This document shows, piece after piece, positions 27,401-37,712 of a DNA stretch of 48,210 bases; position 1 is the first letter of the stretch; each line of letters begins with the position of its first letter. This DNA comes from Cyanobacteria bacterium J06626_4. Its GTDB lineage: Bacteria > Cyanobacteriota > Cyanobacteriia > Phormidesmidales > Phormidesmidaceae. The translations under genes and the position numbers were made by a program. The stretch is taken from positions 1 to 48,210 of the forward strand of contig JBCBJQ010000041.1 in NCBI GenBank assembly GCA_038523235.1, in the 5' to 3' direction. Below the pieces are notes generated by a model that was not told the DNA's origin, did no database searches, and saw only the letters and a list, made by a program, of their open reading frames with translations.

Positions 27401-28221
27401 CAGGCGTCGGCTCAATACGACCGGCTGCACCGCCACCCACCATTCAACCCCAGCCCCAACCGACTCTAATTACGCCCCCTCCAGTTGAACCCAGTCCATT
27501 GCCAACCCCGCCCATTCCCAATGGCCCCATCGGCCCCATTGGCATCATTCCGGCTGAGCCAACGCCCACCCCTGGGACGGATGATGACCTGCCGGCCGAT
27601 TTGTTGGCGGCGATCGATCGCCTACCCCCGGTCGAGCTTCCCGTCGAGCCTGCGCAGTCACCGCCCCGTGCTCCTATTACATCGATGAGTGAGGTTACAG
27701 AGCCCGTGATCGCGCCCAGCGATGATTCAGTGCCGCCAGACGTTTTGCAAGCTGTGGAATATTTGCCGGCCGAAGCTGAGTCACCCGATCCAGGAGCACC
27801 AGTGACTGCACCGATTGACGTCCCCCCTGAAGTGAGGGCTATTTTGGCGGGTGATTCTGATATTCCGAGTGCGGAAGAGACTGCTGATGCGGCTTCTATT
27901 ACCGATCCCATGTCGGCCTTTTTCGGCGATGATCCAACGATGTCGATGCGACCGGCCGCTCAGACATCCCCGCCATCGGTCGCTGAGGGAGCGTCCGTGT
28001 CACCCTCTGAGAGCCTGGCACCTTCTACGGTGCCTGATCAGCCGGATGACTCGAGTGACAGTGATGCGGCTGCTTTGGCCGGATTGCCGCCAGAGGTGCT
28101 CGAAGCGCTCAAGGGGATTCCTGAGGATTCTCCAGACAGTTTCGATCTGCCGTCAACTCCAAATCCTGGGCAGCCGCCGCCACCGCCGCCCAATAATCCG
28201 CGCCTGCAAGATCCGTCCTAA
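24478..28221 (+). CDS. Multidomain protein: signal peptide, PstS-like substrate-binding domain, 7xWD40, TM, TPR, Pro/acidic tail
   Basis: IEGSSSM, DLAAIGRPL, IFRGEITNWVELGG and DRPATSDTR (PstS-like); seven WD repeats; TM VLWIIPVVVLGLLLLGLL; TPRs such as AWIGKGNVL...KAIELNP. Confidence 0.85.
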   Translation: MVMVRNRSLFVWLLVVACLAPPAMAGSRSANSWLAQADIDNPDAVDDPDAPDDLDAPLEATPEPPADTAPAAPVDAPDMPLEATPAPPADTAPAAPTGFVPPEQLPEGTNLTIEGSSSMAVITQALIQQFQAAYPNASVTLTEQPADVALTNLQTATADLAAIGRPLTEEQLAQNLREVSISREKVAVIVSADNPFEDQLEAADFVRIFRGEITNWVELGGPDLPIRLVDRPATSDTRAALGNYEIFDGDLTTGDNVTQVPSDSTAEVVEALGDNGIGYAIASQVIGQDNVRVLSMHGTLPDDPRYPYSQPRNYVYRGTDTLPIEVEAFLALATNAQGQETVAQAKAAEAADVAAAELPDKVSAMRPNGQGFVTGDRAGNLNFWNADGTPAGDPVAAHTGPVTALAFSADGQRLISGGADGTIRLWDAVGTPIGDPINAGNGPVTSLTIQPDGRFISASADGTLQLWDDTGNPIGGPITGHEDAVRDMVLNPDGTQLTTASKDGTIRQWNTADGMPQGEPWTGHQGAVQALAAKPDGTFVSGGADGTVRQWDASGTPVGEPLPVSGPVTAIAANASGTSVAVGDDTGALQYLSGEGVPVGPAITDVGAPIDDLAFTPDGQRLVVSAGAVPQLRDSTGQSVPIPTAEAETADSEAAGLPPELLDLWQRLRQLPPQVLWIIPVVVLGLLLLGLLRSFRQDEDDDFDEEPVNLLPGDVTEADTDFTNTDLTNSDLTGDDFASTDFTSPDPSRSEVSGISPQEATSSLDASLARAKQTLAEGVSLGNAGRYQEALDRFNKSIELADIERLKAAAAGTALVGASAVIARGLARRGTAFANLGRTDDALQSINRALEMDPNEAAAWIGKGNVLVQKGQLDEALFCFDKAIELNPNLAAAWQGKGKALQKMGRDAEARNAFAQAGALGGVSEDIPIELGTPVDEMPTTEYPPTGFSGSDFSSDDFSDSDFAVPSITPSSPSPGVGSIRPAAPPPTIQPQPQPTLITPPPVEPSPLPTPPIPNGPIGPIGIIPAEPTPTPGTDDDLPADLLAAIDRLPPVELPVEPAQSPPRAPITSMSEVTEPVIAPSDDSVPPDVLQAVEYLPAEAESPDPGAPVTAPIDVPPEVRAILAGDSDIPSAEETADAASITDPMSAFFGDDPTMSMRPAAQTSPPSVAEGASVSPSESLAPSTVPDQPDDSSDSDAAALAGLPPEVLEALKGIPEDSPDSFDLPSTPNPGQPPPPPPNNPRLQDPS
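24646..24765 (+). repeat. Intragenic duplication PLEATPxPPADTAPAAP x2
   Basis: Copies at 24646-24696 and 24715-24765 (69-nt period), differing mostly at synonymous positions. Confidence 0.85.
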
Positions 28222-28454
28222 GAGACTGGCTCATTCATCGTTTTGCGTGTGAATGGTACGGACCAAAAAGTCGTACCACTTTGCTGGTCAATGATTGCGG
28301 CCCTCTCCCTCAGGCGATGCGCTAGGGCTTCAGAGTGCTTTATCCAAGAGCGCTTTACCCATCAGGGCCGGGAGCACGGCGCTGCCGGTAGGACGATATT
28401 TGAATGACATCAACCAGCGCTGCTTGAACATCGGCAATGCTGGTCAAGTCAGCA

Positions 28455-28985
28455 TTATTCCAGCGCAAAGGATTCCAAGAACCCTGCAGCTGCCTTTTCG
28501 ACGTTTTTGCCTTCAGGAATGACGACCAAAACTTGGTAAAGGCGATTGTCTACTAGATAGATGCGCGAACTGATGGTGGCGGGTTCATCGGTTTCTGCGC
28601 CTGTGCTAATAACGAGCGATCGCCCCGGATAACCATCGATTTCCACCGCTTCTTCGCTGAGCAACGTGCCTCCCAGGTTGGTCACAGCGCCGTCACGGCT
28701 ACTGTCTAACAAAGCTTGCGGGTTGGTCTCCTCGACAATGGCTGAGGGATAGTCAGAATAGGCGATCACGTAGGCTGAATCTTCGGCCTCCGCCGTGAAG
28801 GTATGAATTTCGACGGGGCCGACGGGGGTTTGGATGGCTTGCTGAGTTTCTTCAAATGGCGCCGGGGTTTCGACTCTAAACTCCCCAGTCTCTGAAGAAA
28901 AGGCTTCTCCTTGAATCGATGCACTATTACAGGCAGTTGTCAGTAACGCACCGATAAGCAAAAAACGGCTGATCCCATGTTTCAT
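28455..28985 (-). CDS. Putative lipoprotein
   Basis: Lipobox-like LTTAC after a hydrophobic stretch; IDGYPGR and RIYLVDNRLYQV blocks. Confidence 0.75.
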   Translation of the reverse strand: MKHGISRFLLIGALLTTACNSASIQGEAFSSETGEFRVETPAPFEETQQAIQTPVGPVEIHTFTAEAEDSAYVIAYSDYPSAIVEETNPQALLDSSRDGAVTNLGGTLLSEEAVEIDGYPGRSLVISTGAETDEPATISSRIYLVDNRLYQVLVVIPEGKNVEKAAAGFLESFALE

Positions 28986-29080
28986 AATGCTGGCATCTGT
29001 TTTTTTAGAATGGTTTACGCCGGAAGAGGTGGCAGGACTACTGGCTCGTTTGATGTGCCAAATCCTTCCTATGGATGTCT

Positions 29081-30238
29081 TTAGAAATCGACATCAATGT
29101 CCTCTTCTTCGAGAGCCTCAAGGTTGTCGAGGCTATCCGTTAGCTCGTATCTCAGGTCCTCTAGCGACTGCTTGCGGCTCCGGCGAGAAACTCGACGATA
29201 TTTTTTAGGCGATAGGCGCGGCTCGTGCTGAATTTGGCCATCATCCGTGATTTTGATTTTGAAGGCGGCTTCTGGGTCAGCCGAATCATGGGCCAATTGA
29301 GTTTGCATGACACAGCTATCCAATAACTGTAAATAGTCTGGGTAGCGCTCCCAGTTGGAGGGCACGGCACATCCAGGCTCGGCTCGATGTAGGCAGTCGG
29401 TAAACTGGCAGCGGTGATTTTGGAGGCGATCGCGAATTTCTGGAAAACACTCCCCGAGTGCTTGCGGCGTACAGGCGATGTCAGGCTGATTAAAACCTGG
29501 TGTATCTGCCAGGAGCCCACCGGTTAGGAGTTCAAACAGCTCGACATGTCGGGTCGTGTGGCGGCCTCGACCCAATTTGCCGGAAACGGCACTAACTCGG
29601 AGTTCAGCGGCGGGAATGAGCCGGTTGATCAGACTCGACTTGCCTACGCCAGAAGGGCCGGATACGACTGTAATGCGACTGTGTAAGGCGTTCGCCAGGG
29701 TCGATAGACCGAGACTTTGTTTCACGCTGATCATCACCGGCGCATAGCCCCAACGGCCCAAACGCGCCTGCCAAGCAGCTTGAGCGTCGGCCTCTAGGAG
29801 GTCACATTTGTTGAGACACAGGCAAATATCTAGCCCGGTCAACTCGGCCTTCACCAAAAACCGAGTGAGCTGGTGTATGTCTAAGTCCGGCTCAGCGAGG
29901 GCAAAGACCAGTAAGATTTGATTAGCATTGGCAACTGGCGGTCGATCTAACTGAGTTTGCCGAGGTGCAACGGCTGCGATCGCCCCTCGTTGCCCTGCCC
30001 AATCCGGGTCTTCCACCTGGACGCGATCGCCCACCATGACCTGCTGGCCCACTTTTTTGAGCCGGGCTCGGCGTGTACAGAGCAAAGCTTTGGGCCTATC
30101 CGCCACGCCAGCTACCGCTTGGCCTGAGGACGCTGCCCTTTCTAGGCGTACCGAGTAATAGTTAGCTTGCACTGCCGTCACCGTGCCCCAGAGCGCTCCT
30201 GGCGCGGCTGGTTGACCAGCAAAGGAAGGGGGCGTCAT
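29081..30238 (-). CDS. rsgA: Small ribosomal subunit biogenesis GTPase RsgA
   Basis: NKCD, GPSGVGKSS, GRHTTR, DTPG and zinc finger CQFTDCLHRAEPGC. Confidence 0.95.
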   Translation of the reverse strand: MTPPSFAGQPAAPGALWGTVTAVQANYYSVRLERAASSGQAVAGVADRPKALLCTRRARLKKVGQQVMVGDRVQVEDPDWAGQRGAIAAVAPRQTQLDRPPVANANQILLVFALAEPDLDIHQLTRFLVKAELTGLDICLCLNKCDLLEADAQAAWQARLGRWGYAPVMISVKQSLGLSTLANALHSRITVVSGPSGVGKSSLINRLIPAAELRVSAVSGKLGRGRHTTRHVELFELLTGGLLADTPGFNQPDIACTPQALGECFPEIRDRLQNHRCQFTDCLHRAEPGCAVPSNWERYPDYLQLLDSCVMQTQLAHDSADPEAAFKIKITDDGQIQHEPRLSPKKYRRVSRRSRKQSLEDLRYELTDSLDNLEALEEEDIDVDF

Positions 30239-30242
30239 CGGG

Positions 30243-30524
30243 TCATGCCAGAGAATTACGCACCCGTAGCGCGTAGTAATTGTCTTTCTCTATCAATTTT
30301 TCGATGCCATAGCCTTCCATCTTGAGGCTATCGGGCACCTGAGCCACTGGCTCACCCGCATCAATCCAGACTTCTAGTAGGGTGTCAACCGCCATTTGCT
30401 GCAACTGCAGCTTGGTGCGAACAAAATTGATGGGGCAAGGTGTATTGCGAAGATCCAACACCACATCGGGCGATGGGGCGGGGGCTACAGAGTCGTTAAC
30501 AGGGGTAGGGAGAACGTCACTCAT
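30243..30524 (-). CDS. TusA/SirA-family sulfur carrier protein
   Basis: [21 protein letters not shown] overlap with the dnaJ stop. Confidence 0.88.
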   Translation of the reverse strand: MSDVLPTPVNDSVAPAPSPDVVLDLRNTPCPINFVRTKLQLQQMAVDTLLEVWIDAGEPVAQVPDSLKMEGYGIEKLIEKDNYYALRVRNSLA

Positions 30525-31651
30525 CCGCGAAACAGCCCTCCTAAAAATCCTTCAATGCCGCCGCCCTTACTGACGCGATCGCCGCGCATTTCGGCGAGCT
30601 TTTCGACCATTTCCCGCTCTTCAGGCTTTAACCGGGTCGGGATTTGCACCTGCACAGCAATTAAGTGATCGCCCCGACTAACCGGATTGCCCAGCTTCGG
30701 TACGCCATGATTTTCCAACGTCAAGACAGTGTTGGGTTGAGTGCCCGCAGGAATCTCGAGATCGACTGTGCCATCAACGGTGTCAACCTCAATCTTGGCT
30801 CCCAAAATGGCCTGCAGATAGGTAATCTTCAAATCTGACAGCACATTGACCCCATCGCGTCGGAAGTTGGCATCTTCCTCAACAAAGAGATACACGTAGA
30901 GGTCACCAGCCGTGCCCCCCTTTTGACCGGCATCCCCTTCCCCCGATACGCGCAGCCGCGTGCCATTATCAACCCCAGCAGGAATCGTGATCTTGAGTTT
31001 TTTACTTTCTTGCCGATGACCGCTGCCACCACAGGTCTCACAGCGTTCTTCAACCATTTCGCCGGTGCCATTACAGGTCGGACAAGCCGATACTTGTGCA
31101 AAGCTCCCAAACGGGGTGCGCGTCGTCCGTCGAACTTGGCCACTGCCATTACAGGTACTGCAGGTCACGGGGCGGGTGCCAGGCTTAGCGCCAGAACCGT
31201 TGCAAGTGGTGCAGGTCTCTAAGTGACCGATCTTGATTTCTTTTTCGCCACCAAAAACCGCTTCCTTAAAGCCCAACTTCAGGTCAAGTCGCAGGTCATC
31301 GCCACGGGTTGGGCCCCGTCGCCGCCCGCCCGCTTGAGCGGTGCCCCCAAAGCCTCCAAAGAAACTCTCGAATATGTCGGCAAAGCCCATATCCGAAAAA
31401 TCTTGAAAGCCTCCTGCTCCAGTCGCCGCACTGCCGACACCGGCCTCGCCAAAGCGATCATACCGAGCTCGCACTTCGGGCTCAGAAAGCACTTCGTAGG
31501 CGCGGTTGATTTCCTTGAAAACTTCCTCAGCCCCATCCTCTTTATTGACGTCAGGATGATATTTGCGGGCGAGGCGGCGATAGGCTCGCTTTATTTCTTC
31601 TTGGTCTGAGCCGCGAGAAACACCCAGCAGTTCATAGTAGTCACGGGCCAT
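30521..31651 (-). CDS. dnaJ: Chaperone DnaJ (type I)
   Basis: J-domain with HPD, G/F region, four CxxCxGxG repeats. Confidence 0.97.
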   Translation of the reverse strand: MARDYYELLGVSRGSDQEEIKRAYRRLARKYHPDVNKEDGAEEVFKEINRAYEVLSEPEVRARYDRFGEAGVGSAATGAGGFQDFSDMGFADIFESFFGGFGGTAQAGGRRRGPTRGDDLRLDLKLGFKEAVFGGEKEIKIGHLETCTTCNGSGAKPGTRPVTCSTCNGSGQVRRTTRTPFGSFAQVSACPTCNGTGEMVEERCETCGGSGHRQESKKLKITIPAGVDNGTRLRVSGEGDAGQKGGTAGDLYVYLFVEEDANFRRDGVNVLSDLKITYLQAILGAKIEVDTVDGTVDLEIPAGTQPNTVLTLENHGVPKLGNPVSRGDHLIAVQVQIPTRLKPEEREMVEKLAEMRGDRVSKGGGIEGFLGGLFRG

Positions 31652-31754
31652 AGACGTCTATTGCCAACGCTGAATCAACATTACGATACGTTTATCTATT
31701 CTATGGGACGTCGCCTCAGTTGAACCGATAACCTGTCCCTCCAACCAGAGTAGC

Positions 31755-33776
31755 TTAGTCAATCGCCTCATAGTCAGCCGTGATCGTGGCATCTAGATCG
31801 ACGCTATCACCGTGATCAGGTGTGGCTGATTCGGCAAACTCTAGGGATTGAGCAATGGTTTCGTTTTCCTCTGGTGAGGGAACATTGACATTCTCCTCTA
31901 GGGAAACACCGCCGTTCTCTTCTAAGGGGACATCGACGTTAAAGTCGACGACTTCATCCCCCTCTGCCGATTGCTGGTAAAGGGTGGCACCAATGTTAAA
32001 GAGGGAATGTTGCAGTCCTTCCATCGCACTGCGCAAATCTTCCGGCGCGATCGCTTTATCTTGCATCGCTGCCCTCAGCTCAGCAGCCTTTTCTTCTGCC
32101 GAAGCTCTCAGCGTGGCATCCATCAAATCACTGTTGTCACGCAGCGTCGCTTCGTAGCTGTATAGCAGACTGTCGGCTTGGTTGACCAAGTCAGCGACCT
32201 GGCGCCGCCGCTCATCTTCGTCCGCAAAGTTCTCGGCATCCGAGCGCATCTTTTCCACTTCATCGGAACTGAGACCACCGGTGTTGGTAATGCGAATACT
32301 CTGAGCACGACCAGTGCCCTTGTCGCGGGCCGCCACCTGCAAAATACCGTCGGCATCAATTTCAAAGGAAACCTCAATTTGAGGAACTCCCCGAGGGGCC
32401 GGTGGAATTCCTGCCAGCTGGAACTTGCCTAAGCTCTTGTTGTCTTTGGCCATCGCCCGTTCGCCCTGAAGGGCATGCACCTCAACCGAAGTTTGACCAT
32501 CGGTCGCGGTCGAGAAAATTTGCGTCTTGCTGGTCGGAATCGTGGTGTTGCGTTCAATGACCTTGGTAAAGACTTCGCCTAAGGTCTCAATCCCTAACGA
32601 CAGGGGAGTGACATCTAGCAGTAGCAGATCCTTGACCTCGCCGCCCAATACACCAGCCTGAATCGAGGCACCTAAGGCAACGGCTTCATCGGGATTGACG
32701 GAGCGATCTGGCGATTTCCCCCCAAAAAATTCGGCAATGGCCGATTGTACTGACGGAATGCGGGTTGACCCGCCGACCAGCAAGATCTTGTCAATTTCTT
32801 CTGGGGATAGTTCAGAGTCTTTAATGGCTTGCTTGACCGGCTCCAGTGTGCCCTCAATAAGCGCTTTTGCCTGCTGCTCAAACTGCGCGCGACTCAGGCT
32901 CATTTCCAAATGCTTGGGTCCGGTTTCATCAGCGGTAATGAACGGCAGGTTGATCGAAGTCGTTTGCATCGACGACAGTTCGATTTTGGCCTTTTCGGCC
33001 GCTTCACGAATGCGCTGAAGGGCCATGCGATCAGCAGAGAGATCAACGCCTTCTTGCTCACGAAAGGCTTCAATCATCCATTCGGCAATGCTGTTATCAA
33101 AATCATCGCCGCCCAAGTGGTTGTTGCCGGAGGTCGCCTTCACTTCAAAAACGCCATCACCCAGCTGCAGCACCGAAACGTCAAAGGTACCGCCACCTAA
33201 GTCAAACACCAAAATGGTTTGCTCTTGTTCTTGCTTATCTAGACCGTAGGCGAGAGCCGCCGCTGTGGGCTCGTTAATAATGCGTAAGACTTCAAGACCG
33301 GCAATCGTACCAGCATCCTTAGTCGCTTGGCGCTGGGCATCCGTAAAATAGGCCGGTACCGTAATCACGGCCTGGGTGACTTCTTCCCCCAGATAAGCTT
33401 CGGCGTCTTGCTTCAGCTTTTGCAAGATCATGGCAGATACTTCTTGGGGCGTGTAAGTTGTGCCACGCACCTCGACATCTACCGTGCTGTCTCGCCCTGA
33501 AACACAGACATAGGGAACCCGGGACCGCTCAGATTCGGTATCATCCCAACGGCGACCAATAAACCGTTTAATGCTGTAAACCGTGTTTTCCGCGTTAGTT
33601 ACTGCCTGCCGTTTGGCCAACTGGCCAACTAAGCGCTCTCCGTTTTTGCCAAAACCAACAATACTCGGGGTTGTGCGTCCCCCTTCGATGTTGGTAATCA
33701 CAATCGGCTGACCACCTTCTAAAACGGCAACACAGCTATTGGTAGTCCCTAAGTCGATTCCGATTACTTTGCCCAT
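31755..33776 (-). CDS. dnaK: Chaperone DnaK (grpE-linked, DnaK1-type)
   Basis: [33 protein letters not shown]; long acidic tail. Confidence 0.97.
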   Translation of the reverse strand: MGKVIGIDLGTTNSCVAVLEGGQPIVITNIEGGRTTPSIVGFGKNGERLVGQLAKRQAVTNAENTVYSIKRFIGRRWDDTESERSRVPYVCVSGRDSTVDVEVRGTTYTPQEVSAMILQKLKQDAEAYLGEEVTQAVITVPAYFTDAQRQATKDAGTIAGLEVLRIINEPTAAALAYGLDKQEQEQTILVFDLGGGTFDVSVLQLGDGVFEVKATSGNNHLGGDDFDNSIAEWMIEAFREQEGVDLSADRMALQRIREAAEKAKIELSSMQTTSINLPFITADETGPKHLEMSLSRAQFEQQAKALIEGTLEPVKQAIKDSELSPEEIDKILLVGGSTRIPSVQSAIAEFFGGKSPDRSVNPDEAVALGASIQAGVLGGEVKDLLLLDVTPLSLGIETLGEVFTKVIERNTTIPTSKTQIFSTATDGQTSVEVHALQGERAMAKDNKSLGKFQLAGIPPAPRGVPQIEVSFEIDADGILQVAARDKGTGRAQSIRITNTGGLSSDEVEKMRSDAENFADEDERRRQVADLVNQADSLLYSYEATLRDNSDLMDATLRASAEEKAAELRAAMQDKAIAPEDLRSAMEGLQHSLFNIGATLYQQSAEGDEVVDFNVDVPLEENGGVSLEENVNVPSPEENETIAQSLEFAESATPDHGDSVDLDATITADYEAID

Positions 33777-33778
33777 AA

Positions 33779-33802
33779 CTCGCAGCTATTCTCGCAGCTA
33801 TT
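33779..33802. repeat. 12-bp perfect tandem duplication at the dnaK translation start
   Basis: CTCGCAGCTATT x2, two bases upstream of the dnaK ATG. Confidence 0.85.
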
Positions 33803-34154
33803 AACGATTCGGATGAATATGCAGGAGCACTTGCGCCACTCAAACGTTAGCTTATCTTCCGGGAAATCACCTAATGTTTCAGGCATCCGGTTGAAAATGG
33901 CTCCTTCGATTTTCAGGATTCCCAACTTAAGGTCGATGCCATTAACTCACCCCAAAAATTTTCTGAGCTGGCCACGAAACGGTTGGTGAGAGCACTGGCG
34001 TCCAACATTTGGAGCCGCGTGAGTAGCTGGGCGTCGCCTCTTTACCGCCTTGCTGCCGCTGCTAGACATCTAATTTAAATGCCTGGAGGCGACTGACTTC
34101 GCCCTTTGAATTGCCGTATCTGAATACGGCTCATTCAAACAACAATGGTTCCGT

Positions 34155-34880
34155 TCACTGTCCAGAGGCCGCTTCGTCAGCGGTCGGAGCACTTCCCGGT
34201 TCTGGTTCTGCAGCGACTTTGACCATGGCATGTCTGAGAACGCGATCGCCAATCATGTAGCCTCGCACGAGTTCTTCGATGACGGTGCCCTCAGGATGTT
34301 GATCGGTAGGCTCGCGCATCACCGCTTCGTGCAGATTGGGATCAAACTCTTGCTCTTCCACCCGCATGGCCGAAACGCCCAGTCGCTTGAGACAATCAAC
34401 CAGTTGTTTATAAACGCTCTGATAGCTCTTGTGAATGGTCATTTCAGCCTCCGTTTGAGGCTTGATGTGCGAGCGGGCCCGCTCGAAGTTGTCGATCACC
34501 GGCAGCAATTCAGTGATAGTGTTGCGCTTGATCTGAACCTCTTGATCTTCCCTTTCTTTGCTGTTGCGGCGACGATAATTCTCAAAGTCGGCCGCAATCC
34601 GCATATATTGACTGGTGCGGTCGTCAACCTGTGCCTTTAGGCTGACAATCTGATTTTCCAAATCAGCCACAGCCGGGCTGGGAGTCCCGCTCGCGTCTCC
34701 TGACCCAACTTCGGCGGCTGTCTCACCGATCAAGCTTTCAACCGATGCGGCGGTTGCTTCAACATCAATGTCGGCGATCGCATCTTCGATCCGAAGCTCT
34801 TCAACTTCACTAGCCGCACTCCCCTCAGCCACATCCGGGGTTTCTTGAGAAGAATCTATTGGCCGAGATTCATCAACCAT
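34155..34880 (-). CDS. grpE: Nucleotide exchange factor GrpE
   Basis: RIAADFENYRRR, LLPVIDNFERA, FDPNLHEAV, GYMIGDRVLRHAMVKV. Confidence 0.96.
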   Translation of the reverse strand: MVDESRPIDSSQETPDVAEGSAASEVEELRIEDAIADIDVEATAASVESLIGETAAEVGSGDASGTPSPAVADLENQIVSLKAQVDDRTSQYMRIAADFENYRRRNSKEREDQEVQIKRNTITELLPVIDNFERARSHIKPQTEAEMTIHKSYQSVYKQLVDCLKRLGVSAMRVEEQEFDPNLHEAVMREPTDQHPEGTVIEELVRGYMIGDRVLRHAMVKVAAEPEPGSAPTADEAASGQ

Positions 34881-35547
34881 ATCGCTTACAACCTTAAGGT
34901 TCCTACACAGCGTAATTTACACGTTTGCCCTATCCAGAACATCCCTGCCCTGAACGTAATGAGAACTTAATATTAAAGAACCTATCAACATATTGAGTCG
35001 TTAGGTCATCAATATTAGCGGCAATTTCCTGCGTGTCACAACTTGACAACTTAAATTTGCACGGGACACTGAGCTTTGAGTCGACCTAAATAATCAGCTT
35101 TCGACATCGCATGGCCTGGGGCGCTAAAAACAGTCGCGATCGCCCAGCTACCCACATTGTCGGCCACCGCATCGGCACTCAGGAAAGCCAACAGCCCAAC
35201 TATTGTGCCCACGATCCGCCAGAGAGCTTCTGCTTGAGATGGATGCAAACGTTAGAAGGCAGCTCAAACTAACCTTCACCGTAGGTGATTGTCAGCCCCT
35301 TGTCCCTAAGAAAATCACTATCCCCAACTGAGTCGAATTGCGACAGAGACTTTGGGCTGTTGATACTCGCTCGCTCATGATGTCTGCGCCCCGACAGCCA
35401 AGATGGTAAACCTGTTTGCCACAAATCATTGCGGACAAAGAACCACAGTTTTACAGATGAGGCTATTATCGTTCCATCTGATAGCTATCGGTAGATTTTT
35501 GACCACAGCCACTTTTACGGTCGGGTGATTCACCCACGAGGGCTACC

Positions 35548-35556
35548 GGGAACACT
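35548..35556 (+). promoter_or_regulatory. Putative SigF/SigJ-type promoter box of pilB
   Basis: GGGAACACT, one mismatch to GGGAATACT, about 69 nt upstream of the ATG. Confidence 0.5.
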
Positions 35557-35624
35557 AACCCAGTGCATCTTCCGACCATATTTCTGCATCTCTGACCTAC
35601 TCACTTAAGATCCTTGCATCCGCT

Positions 35625-37628
35625 ATGACGAATTCCTCACAGCGTCGCGCTCTCGTTCTACAACGCAGCTTCTCGCCTTTTGGTAACAAACTCATCCAGG
35701 CTGGTCTGGTTGATAGCGAGCAAATGCAACAGGCATTAGCGGAAAGCCGACGTTCAGGTCGGGCTCTAACGGATGTCCTGGAATCTTTGACAGGACAACA
35801 GCTCTCGCCCGAACTCGTACGACAATACAAGAAGCAGCAGCTATTCGAGCTGAAAATCCTTTACGGCATTGAATCGGTTGATCCTGAGTTGGATTCGCTG
35901 TCCTCTCAACAGATCGGCCAATTTATCGATACCTTGATTCCGGTCGATACGTGCCGTCGCCATCAACTAGTGCCGTTGTCGCGTGATGACGGTGAAGATC
36001 CCTCAGTGCTCGTCGCGATGGTGGATCCTGAAAACCTTGAGGCACAGGATGATCTCAATCGCATTTTGCGCCCGGCGGGCTTACGTTTGCGACGCATGGT
36101 CATCACAGTTGAAGATTATCAACGCTTGATTTCTGGGTACTTGGATGAGCGAGTCGCCCGCGAAAAACAGCGGGACATGGAGCAAGCCGTCGATGTTCAA
36201 TCTGACCTGCAAGACTTGGATTTTGATGCTGCTGCCTTAGAGGAAGTTAGCGAAGAGGAATCTGACCTCAATGATGCCCTGCAGGATGCCGGTGCCGCGC
36301 CGGTGATTGCTTTGGTTAACAAGATTCTGGTCAAAGCTCTACAAGAAGGCGTCTCCGACATTCATATTGAACCGCAAGAAGAATCTTTACGGGTGCGGTT
36401 CCGCAAAGATGGTGTCTTGCGAGAAGCTTTCCCGAAGTTCCCCAAAAAGATTGTGCCAGCGGTGACGGCTCGCTTCAAAATTATTGCAGAGCTGGATATT
36501 GCCGAGCGACGGCTTCCCCAAGATGGTCGTATTCGTCGCATGTTTCAAGGCCGCAAGATTGACTTTCGTGTCAGTACCCTGCCCAGCCGTTACGGCGAGA
36601 AGGTCGTTCTCCGAATTTTGGATAACTCCTCAACCCAACTGGGCATTGACAAACTCATCACTGATGAACAGTCTCTGAACGTCGTTCGCGAGATGGCCTC
36701 TCGTCCCTACGGTCTGATTTTGGTGACAGGGCCGACGGGCTCAGGTAAAACGACGACGCTCTATTCTCTGCTGTCTGAACGTAACGATCCGGGCATCAAC
36801 ATTAGTACAGCCGAAGACCCGATTGAGTATGCTTTGCCGGGCATTACTCAGGTTCAGGTGATTCGTGAGAAAGGAATGAACTTTGCCTCTATCTTGCGGG
36901 CCTTTTTGCGACAGGATCCCGACGTCATTCTGGTGGGTGAGACTCGTGACCCAGAGACGGCGAAAACGGCTATTGAGGCGGCTTTGACCGGGCACCTGGT
37001 GTTGACGACCCTGCATACTAATGACGCCGCTGGGGCGATCTCCCGGTTAGGAGAAATGGGGATGGAGGGCTTTCAAGTCTCGAGTTCGCTGATTGGCGTC
37101 TTGGCCCAGCGATTGATGCGTAAAGTCTGCTCGGACTGCAGAATTCCCTACACTCCAAGCCATGAGGAGTTGTCGAGGTTTGGCCTTTCCAGTGCCGGTG
37201 ACTCTGAACTCACGATCTATAAAGCCAACGTCTTGTCAGTTGATCAGATTGCAGCCGCGCGATCGGACGGAACGTTCTGTGAGACTTGTCAAGGTGTTGG
37301 TTACAAAGGTCGGGTCGGGGTATATGAGGTGATGCAGATGACCGAGACTCTGCAGAAACTCGTCTCCGACGGTGTCCCTAGCGAACAAATCAAGGAAGCC
37401 GCTGTTGAGGAAGGCATGAAGACGCTGTTGGCCTACAGCTTGGATCTAGTGCGCCAGGGTTACACCTCTCTTGAGGAAGTTGAACGGGTTACCTTTACAG
37501 ACACCGGTCTGGAAGCTGAACTCAAAGCTCGGCGCAAAAGTTCTCTTACCTGTGAGAATTGTCAGGCTGAGCTGCAGCAAGACTGGCTAGACTGCCCCTA
37601 CTGTTTGACCCCCCGCTTCAAGTCATAA
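35625..37628 (+). CDS. pilB: Type IV pilus assembly ATPase PilB
   Basis: SDIHIEP, DIAERRLPQDG, GPTGSGKTT, LRQDPDVILVGE, TGHLVLTTLH, internal tetra-Cys, C-terminal CENC...CPYC. Confidence 0.96.
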   Translation: MTNSSQRRALVLQRSFSPFGNKLIQAGLVDSEQMQQALAESRRSGRALTDVLESLTGQQLSPELVRQYKKQQLFELKILYGIESVDPELDSLSSQQIGQFIDTLIPVDTCRRHQLVPLSRDDGEDPSVLVAMVDPENLEAQDDLNRILRPAGLRLRRMVITVEDYQRLISGYLDERVAREKQRDMEQAVDVQSDLQDLDFDAAALEEVSEEESDLNDALQDAGAAPVIALVNKILVKALQEGVSDIHIEPQEESLRVRFRKDGVLREAFPKFPKKIVPAVTARFKIIAELDIAERRLPQDGRIRRMFQGRKIDFRVSTLPSRYGEKVVLRILDNSSTQLGIDKLITDEQSLNVVREMASRPYGLILVTGPTGSGKTTTLYSLLSERNDPGINISTAEDPIEYALPGITQVQVIREKGMNFASILRAFLRQDPDVILVGETRDPETAKTAIEAALTGHLVLTTLHTNDAAGAISRLGEMGMEGFQVSSSLIGVLAQRLMRKVCSDCRIPYTPSHEELSRFGLSSAGDSELTIYKANVLSVDQIAAARSDGTFCETCQGVGYKGRVGVYEVMQMTETLQKLVSDGVPSEQIKEAAVEEGMKTLLAYSLDLVRQGYTSLEEVERVTFTDTGLEAELKARRKSSLTCENCQAELQQDWLDCPYCLTPRFKS

Positions 37629-37712
37629 CCTTGAGGCCAGAAGGACTTCAACTTTTCGACGCCCCTGCTTTTTTCCGCGTCCCGACAACAACTATTCCCA
37701 CGAGGTAATGCT

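Noticed and set aside
25132..27911. Several long minus-strand ORFs (up to 201 aa) opposite the 1247-aa gene
   Set aside because: Antisense shadows of a GC-rich coding sequence with no independent motifs.
34881..35624. CIRCE operator or a 65-aa gene in the grpE-pilB spacer
   Set aside because: No TTAGCACTC-N9-GAGTGCTAA found; ORF 35051..35248 has no recognisable features.
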